Shown here one piece after another: positions 27,594-32,000 of a DNA stretch of 32,000 nt. Made by a program: the position numbers and the translations under genes. Every line of letters starts with the position of its first letter. The stretch's first letter is position 1. The stretch lies in the NCBI RefSeq assembly GCF_004365815.1, contig NZ_SODD01000012.1, positions 1 through 32,000 on the forward strand, written 5' to 3'. This DNA comes from Breznakia blatticola. GTDB taxonomy: Bacteria; Bacillota_I; Bacilli_A; Erysipelotrichales; Erysipelotrichaceae. Under the pieces are notes generated by a model. It saw only the letters and a list, made by a program, of their open reading frames with translations. It did no database searches and was not told the origin of the DNA.

Positions 27594-27623
27594 ATAAGAA
27601 AAGGACTTCACGCGGAAGTCCTT
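27594..27623 (-). terminator. Rho-independent terminator of dps
   Basis: On the minus strand: AAGGACTTC - CGCGT - GAAGTCCTT, followed by TTTCTTAT. It starts 8 nt after the stop. Confidence 0.8.
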
Positions 27624-27630
27624 AGCTCTC

Positions 27631-28056
27631 TTATACAACTTGTTTAATCATCCAAATTGATTTTGTGAATTCCTTAATGTAGTCATCCATTTGGATACCT
27701 ACAACATCAATGCTTTTTTCTTCAGCACTTTCTTTTACTTCACGAACTTCACTAAGAATAATTTCAAAGTCTTTCAACACTTCTTTCCAAATAGATTTAC
27801 TATCTTTGTGATCCATGTTGGCTTCTTCGATTGCTGTAACAGCTAAATAATCTTTAAGTGAGGCAAGTGGCTTTTCGCTTACCATTAAAATCAGTTCACC
27901 AACTTCATCAATGGCTTCATTAATGAAGTCATAGTATTCTTCTAATTTTACGTGTGCAGTAAAGAAGTCACTTCCTTTCACATACCAGTGAAAATTTTGT
28001 AGTTTATGATATTCTACAACTAAGTCTGTTAATAATTTATTTAATTTTGTTTCCAT
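27631..28056 (-). CDS. dps: Dps family DNA-protection/ferroxidase protein
   Basis: 141-aa ORF. Motifs YHKLQNFHWYVKGSDFFTAHVKLEEYYD and DEVGELI give the Dps ferroxidase-centre His/Asp/Glu pattern. Confidence 0.92.
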   Translation of the reverse strand: METKLNKLLTDLVVEYHKLQNFHWYVKGSDFFTAHVKLEEYYDFINEAIDEVGELILMVSEKPLASLKDYLAVTAIEEANMDHKDSKSIWKEVLKDFEIILSEVREVKESAEEKSIDVVGIQMDDYIKEFTKSIWMIKQVV

Positions 28057-28093
28057 GTAAATATACCTTCCTTTTCTTTTCCTTACATGTATA

Positions 28094-28121
28094 ATTATAC
28101 TAAGAATGATTCTTAATTCAA
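28094..28121 (-). promoter_or_regulatory. dps promoter with embedded Fur-family (PerR-like) 7-1-7 operator
   Basis: Minus strand: -35 TTGAAT (28121-28116), 16-nt spacer, -10 TATAAT (28099-28094). The spacer contains the perfect 7-1-7 palindrome TAAGAAT-G-ATTCTTA (28101-28115), which has the AATnATT core shared by Fur/PerR/Zur boxes. Confidence 0.5.
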
Positions 28122-28157
28122 ATCATATGAATGAGAAAAATGAGGACTTGACAGGTT

Positions 28158-28230
28158 TGTTATAATGGTAAGACATAAGCGGACGGATATTTGTTTGCAA
28201 GTCCAATTACGTCTTAAAAAGTGCTATAAT
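28158..28230 (+). promoter_or_regulatory. Two extended -10 elements upstream of uvrA
   Basis: TGTTATAAT at 28158-28166 and TGCTATAAT at 28222-28230, both TGnTATAAT. Neither has a good -35. Confidence 0.35.
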
Positions 28231-28251
28231 GTTGGAGAGAATGAGGTTATT

Positions 28252-31080
28252 ATGGAACAAAATACAATACGGATAAAAGGTGCAAGAGAGAACAATTTAA
28301 AAAATGTAGATTTAGTGATTCCTAGAGATCAGATTGTCATTATGACAGGAGTATCTGGTTCGGGAAAAACATCTCTTGCTTTTGATACAATTTATGCTGA
28401 AGGGCAACGTCGTTATATGGAATCGTTGAGTGCATATGCAAGACAATTCTTAGGAAATTCAGAAAAGCCAGATGTGGATAGCATCGAAGGTCTTTCACCT
28501 GCGATTTCTATCGACCAAAAAACAACAAGCAACAACCCACGTTCTACGGTTGGTACTGCTACTGAAATTTATGATTATTTGCGTTTGTTGTATGCGAGAA
28601 TTGGAGTGCCATATTGTCCAGTTCACAACGAACCAATTACCTCACAAACCATTAAACAAATGGTGGATAAGGTGATGGAAACGGAGAATGGTACACGTCT
28701 TCAAATTCTATCGCCAATTGTTAGAGGAAAAAAGGGAACACACAAAGATTTATTCGAGAAGTTAATGAAAGAAGGATATGTAAGAGCACGTGTAGATGGT
28801 GAACTTACATTAATTGAAGAAGTTAAGGACTTAGAGAAAAATAAAAAACATGATATTGATGTTGTAGTTGACCGAATTATTAAAGGTGAAGATCGTGGAC
28901 GTTTACATGATTCATTAGAAACTGCAGTCAAATTAAGTGATGGTCTTGCTTTAGTATTAGCTGGAAAAGATGAAATGCTTTTCTCAAGTAACTACTCATG
29001 TAAGTACTGTGATTTTGTGGTGCCAAAATTAGAACCAAGATTATTTTCATTTAATGCTCCATTTGGTTCATGTCCAGAATGTAAAGGACTAGGAGTTACA
29101 CAAAAAGTAGATTTATCTTTATTAATGCCAGATAAGAGCTTGAGTATTATGCAAGGTGGTATTGTCTACTATAAGAATATTTTGAAAAAAGATAACCTAG
29201 AGTGGCAAAACTATAAAGCGATGTTGGATTACTACAATATTGATCCAAACAAACCATTAAAAGATATGACGAAGAAAGAAATGAATTACTTGTTATATGG
29301 AAGTGATGTGCCAATTGCCTACAAGATTTATTCAAAATCAGGAATGGTTACCCAGAAAAATCAATACATTGAAGGAATTGTAAATTTAATCGAACGTCGT
29401 TATATGGAAACAACATCATCATTCTCACGTGAATGGTATGCTTCATTTATGGGAGAAGATGTATGTCCAGTTTGTCATGGTTCACGTTTAAATGAAATTG
29501 CTTTAAGTGTTCGTGTAAATGGAATAAACATTTATGAATGGACACAAATGTCGATTAAACAAGCTTTAATCTTCATGGATAACATGGAATTAAGCAAAAC
29601 ACAGATGTCGATTGCAAAACTAATTCTTGCAGAAATAAAGAACCGTTTAAGTTTCTTAAGTGATGTTGGATTGAATTATCTAACCTTAGACCGACTTGCA
29701 GGAACCCTTAGTGGTGGGGAAGCACAACGAATTCGTTTAGCCACGCAAATCGGTTCACAGTTAACGGGAGTTCTTTATGTGCTTGATGAGCCAAGTATTG
29801 GACTACATCAACGTGATAATGAACGTTTAATTAACTCTTTAAAGAAAATGCGCGATTTAGGAAATACGTTAGTTGTAGTTGAGCATGATGAAGAAACGAT
29901 GCGTCAAAGTGACTATATTGTGGATATTGGTCCAGGTGCTGGTGTACATGGTGGTCAAGTGGTTGCTGCTGGAACATATGATGAAATCATCAATAATGAA
30001 GGAAGTATTACTGCTAATTATTTAAGCGGACGTTTATCGATTCCAATTCCAAATGAACGTAAAAAAGGAAATGGAAAGTTCATTGAAATAAAAGGTGCTG
30101 CTGAAAATAACTTAAAAAATATCAATGTAAAATTTCCACTTGGAACATTGGCTGTAGTTACTGGAGTTTCTGGATCAGGAAAAAGTAGTTTGGTAAATGA
30201 AATCCTTAGTAAAGGAGTATCACAAGCACTTGGTCGTGTTCGTATGAAACCAGGAAAGTTTAAAACGATTAAAGGAATTGAAAATATTGATAAGATTATC
30301 AATATCTCACAAGATCCAATTGGACGTACACCACGCAGTAACCCAGCAACATATACTGGAGTATTTGATGATATTCGTGACTTGTTTGCCCAAACACCAG
30401 ATGCGAAAATGCGTGGATATGAGAAAGGTCGTTTCTCATTTAACGTTCGTGGTGGTCGTTGTGAAGCATGTCAAGGAGATGGTATTATTCGTATCTCGAT
30501 GCACTTTTTACCAGATGTTTATGTAGAGTGTGAAGAGTGTGGTGGGAAGCGCTACAATGAAGAAACCTTAGAAGTAAAATACAAAGGAAAGAACATTCAT
30601 GATGTTCTTGAAATGGACGTTGAAGAAGCAGTTGAGTTCTTCAAAAATGTACATAAAGTAAAACATAAACTACAAACATTAGCAGATGTTGGTCTTGGAT
30701 ATGTGAAACTTGGACAAAGTGCAACTACACTATCTGGTGGGGAAGCACAACGTGTAAAACTAGCAAGTGAATTACAACGTAAAGCAACTGGTAAAACATT
30801 GTTTGTCTTAGATGAGCCAACAACTGGACTTCACAGTAGTGATGTAAATACCTTATTAAAGGTATTACAACGCATTGTGAATAATGGCGATACAGTTGTG
30901 GTTATTGAACATAACTTAGATGTGATTAAATGCGCGGACTATATTATTGATATTGGACCAGAAGGTGGAGATGAAGGTGGACAATTGATGGGTGCAGGTA
31001 CACCTGAGAAAATTGCAGCAATTGAAGAATCATACACTGGACAATACTTGAAACCAATTCTAGAGGAGAATAAGAAATGA
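28252..31080 (+). CDS. uvrA: Excinuclease ABC subunit A
   Basis: 942 aa from ATG 28252 (MEQNTIRIKGARENNLKN). Two ABC modules (GVSGSGKSSLAFDT, GVSGSGKSSLVNE, and LSGGEAQR twice). Zn modules (CPVCHGSRL, CEACQGDG, CEECGGKRY). The track start at 28165 is an unlikely extension. Confidence 0.98.
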   Translation: MEQNTIRIKGARENNLKNVDLVIPRDQIVIMTGVSGSGKTSLAFDTIYAEGQRRYMESLSAYARQFLGNSEKPDVDSIEGLSPAISIDQKTTSNNPRSTVGTATEIYDYLRLLYARIGVPYCPVHNEPITSQTIKQMVDKVMETENGTRLQILSPIVRGKKGTHKDLFEKLMKEGYVRARVDGELTLIEEVKDLEKNKKHDIDVVVDRIIKGEDRGRLHDSLETAVKLSDGLALVLAGKDEMLFSSNYSCKYCDFVVPKLEPRLFSFNAPFGSCPECKGLGVTQKVDLSLLMPDKSLSIMQGGIVYYKNILKKDNLEWQNYKAMLDYYNIDPNKPLKDMTKKEMNYLLYGSDVPIAYKIYSKSGMVTQKNQYIEGIVNLIERRYMETTSSFSREWYASFMGEDVCPVCHGSRLNEIALSVRVNGINIYEWTQMSIKQALIFMDNMELSKTQMSIAKLILAEIKNRLSFLSDVGLNYLTLDRLAGTLSGGEAQRIRLATQIGSQLTGVLYVLDEPSIGLHQRDNERLINSLKKMRDLGNTLVVVEHDEETMRQSDYIVDIGPGAGVHGGQVVAAGTYDEIINNEGSITANYLSGRLSIPIPNERKKGNGKFIEIKGAAENNLKNINVKFPLGTLAVVTGVSGSGKSSLVNEILSKGVSQALGRVRMKPGKFKTIKGIENIDKIINISQDPIGRTPRSNPATYTGVFDDIRDLFAQTPDAKMRGYEKGRFSFNVRGGRCEACQGDGIIRISMHFLPDVYVECEECGGKRYNEETLEVKYKGKNIHDVLEMDVEEAVEFFKNVHKVKHKLQTLADVGLGYVKLGQSATTLSGGEAQRVKLASELQRKATGKTLFVLDEPTTGLHSSDVNTLLKVLQRIVNNGDTVVVIEHNLDVIKCADYIIDIGPEGGDEGGQLMGAGTPEKIAAIEESYTGQYLKPILEENKK

Positions 31081-32000
31081 GTGTAAAAGTAAGAGAGTTA
31101 AAAGAGCATTTTGATTTTGATGTACTTTGTGGGGATGAAAAAGCATTAAATCGTGAAATTACGATTGCTGATCCAAACCGTGCAGGACTTGAACTTGCAG
31201 GATTCTTTGCCTATTCACAACCCAAACGTATTGTAATTTTGGGAGATAAAGAAATCGAATATATCAAAACGATGACAAGTGAACAAAAGAAAAAAAGTTT
31301 TGATTTTATTACAGGTGAAAAAACACCACTGATTCTTGTGACGAACCATCATGAATGTCCAGTGGAACTATTAGACATTGCCAAGGAAAAGAATTTCCCA
31401 ATCTTACGTTCGAACCAAAGAACCAGTCGTATGACAACAAATCTAGTATCATACTTAGATGAACGACTAGCAAAAATTGATTCACTACATGGTGTCCTTT
31501 TAAATATTTATGGAAAAGGAGTTATGATCCGTGGAGAAAGTGGAATGGGAAAAAGTGAGGTTGCTTTGGACTTGGTGCGTCGTGGTCACCAGTTAATCTC
31601 TGATGATTTAATTGATTGTTATCTCATTCATAATGAAATTATTGGATATCCGCCAAAATTATTGGAAGGATTTATTGAACTAAGAGGGATTGGAATCATC
31701 AATATCCGTAAGTTATATGGATCAAGTTCTACACTACCAAGAAAGAAAGTAGACTTTGTTATTGAACTAACAAGTTGGGATAATGCACAAGAATATGACC
31801 GAGTTGGAATCGAAGATCAAAAATACGAATGTATTCTTGGAATTGAAATTCCAAAGATTATTTTACCGATTCGTGGTGGTCGTTCAATGGCAACTATTAT
31901 TGAAAGTGCAGTAACAAATATTGTACTTCAAGAAGAAGGATACAACTCAGCTAGAGATTTCGAACAACGTGTACTTAGTTTGATTGAAACTCAAAAAAGT
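31077..32000 (+). CDS. hprK: HPr kinase/phosphorylase (3' end beyond window)
   Basis: Hand-translated open frame from ATG 31077 to the window end (308 codons, no stop). It is not in the ORF track. P-loop GESGMGKSE, then LISDD and ELRGIGIINI. Its ATG overlaps the uvrA stop (ATGA). Confidence 0.93.
   Translation, partial: MSVKVRELKEHFDFDVLCGDEKALNREITIADPNRAGLELAGFFAYSQPKRIVILGDKEIEYIKTMTSEQKKKSFDFITGEKTPLILVTNHHECPVELLDIAKEKNFPILRSNQRTSRMTTNLVSYLDERLAKIDSLHGVLLNIYGKGVMIRGESGMGKSEVALDLVRRGHQLISDDLIDCYLIHNEIIGYPPKLLEGFIELRGIGIINIRKLYGSSSTLPRKKVDFVIELTSWDNAQEYDRVGIEDQKYECILGIEIPKIILPIRGGRSMATIIESAVTNIVLQEEGYNSARDFEQRVLSLIETQKS

Noticed and set aside
28148-28166. TTGACA and TATAAT hexamers upstream of uvrA as a consensus promoter
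   Set aside because: They are separated by only 7 nt, which is incompatible with sigmaA spacing. Only the TGnTATAAT extended -10 reading is retained, at low confidence.
28165-28251. N-terminal extensions suggested by the ORF track (uvrA from 28165, upp from 15477, FAH from 24495, pstS from 23611, atpB from 16682, regulator from 1683)
   Set aside because: Each extension lacks an RBS and adds non-homologous residues, while an internal ATG with a proper Shine-Dalgarno opens the conserved N-terminus. Starts were reassigned accordingly.
28057-28251. LexA (Cheo box, GAAC-N4-GTTC) SOS operator expected upstream of uvrA
   Set aside because: I scanned the dps-uvrA intergenic region by eye and found no GAAC-N4-GTTC-like sequence.

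Overview
AT-rich chromosomal segment whose gene content and signals look like Bacillota (low-GC Gram-positive): GGAGG-type RBSs, lipoboxes, a cre site and upp-atp linkage. The genus cannot be fixed from the sequence alone. Layout: (1) 91-9651 is a sugar module. A minus-strand operon encodes a lipoprotein sugar sensor, a LytS/YesM-type kinase and a YesN-type AraC response regulator. It is divergent from a plus-strand ABC sugar importer operon (binding protein, double ATPase, permease). That operon unexpectedly carries an orphan PTS EIIB gene and ends with a second, protein-identical copy of the binding-protein gene (1,109-bp direct repeat, 7 silent differences). (2) 9828-13840 holds an uncharacterised 5-TM / Thr-Ser-linker / acidic C-domain protein, then an agr-like LytTR regulator plus AgrC-type kinase with no agrB/agrD. 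A 780-bp ORF-poor spacer follows, with 21-bp-phased direct repeats, a sigmaA-like promoter and an intrinsic terminator about 290 nt downstream. This is a candidate regulated small RNA, possibly carrying a 27-aa hydrophobic peptide. (3) 14206-22919 holds a NapA-like cation/proton antiporter, upp, and a complete atpZ-I-B-E-F-H-A-G-D-C F1Fo operon whose c subunit carries the full Na+-binding signature. (4) 22951-28056 holds a 660-bp AT-rich non-coding gap with an orphan terminator, an orphan pstS, an FAH-family hydrolase, a Gfo/Idh/MocA oxidoreductase, a secreted Ig-like + HExxH metalloprotease, and dps with a Fur-family-type operator in its promoter. (5) uvrA overlaps by 4 nt into hprK, which runs off the window and is missing from the ORF track. 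I saw no transposase, integrase, CRISPR array, tRNA/rRNA or recognisable defence genes. Nearly all antisense ORFs in the track are shadows of the real genes. The best candidates for something undescribed are the duplicated-binding-protein/EIIB ABC operon and the LytTR system with its downstream candidate RNA. Both are hypotheses, not demonstrations.
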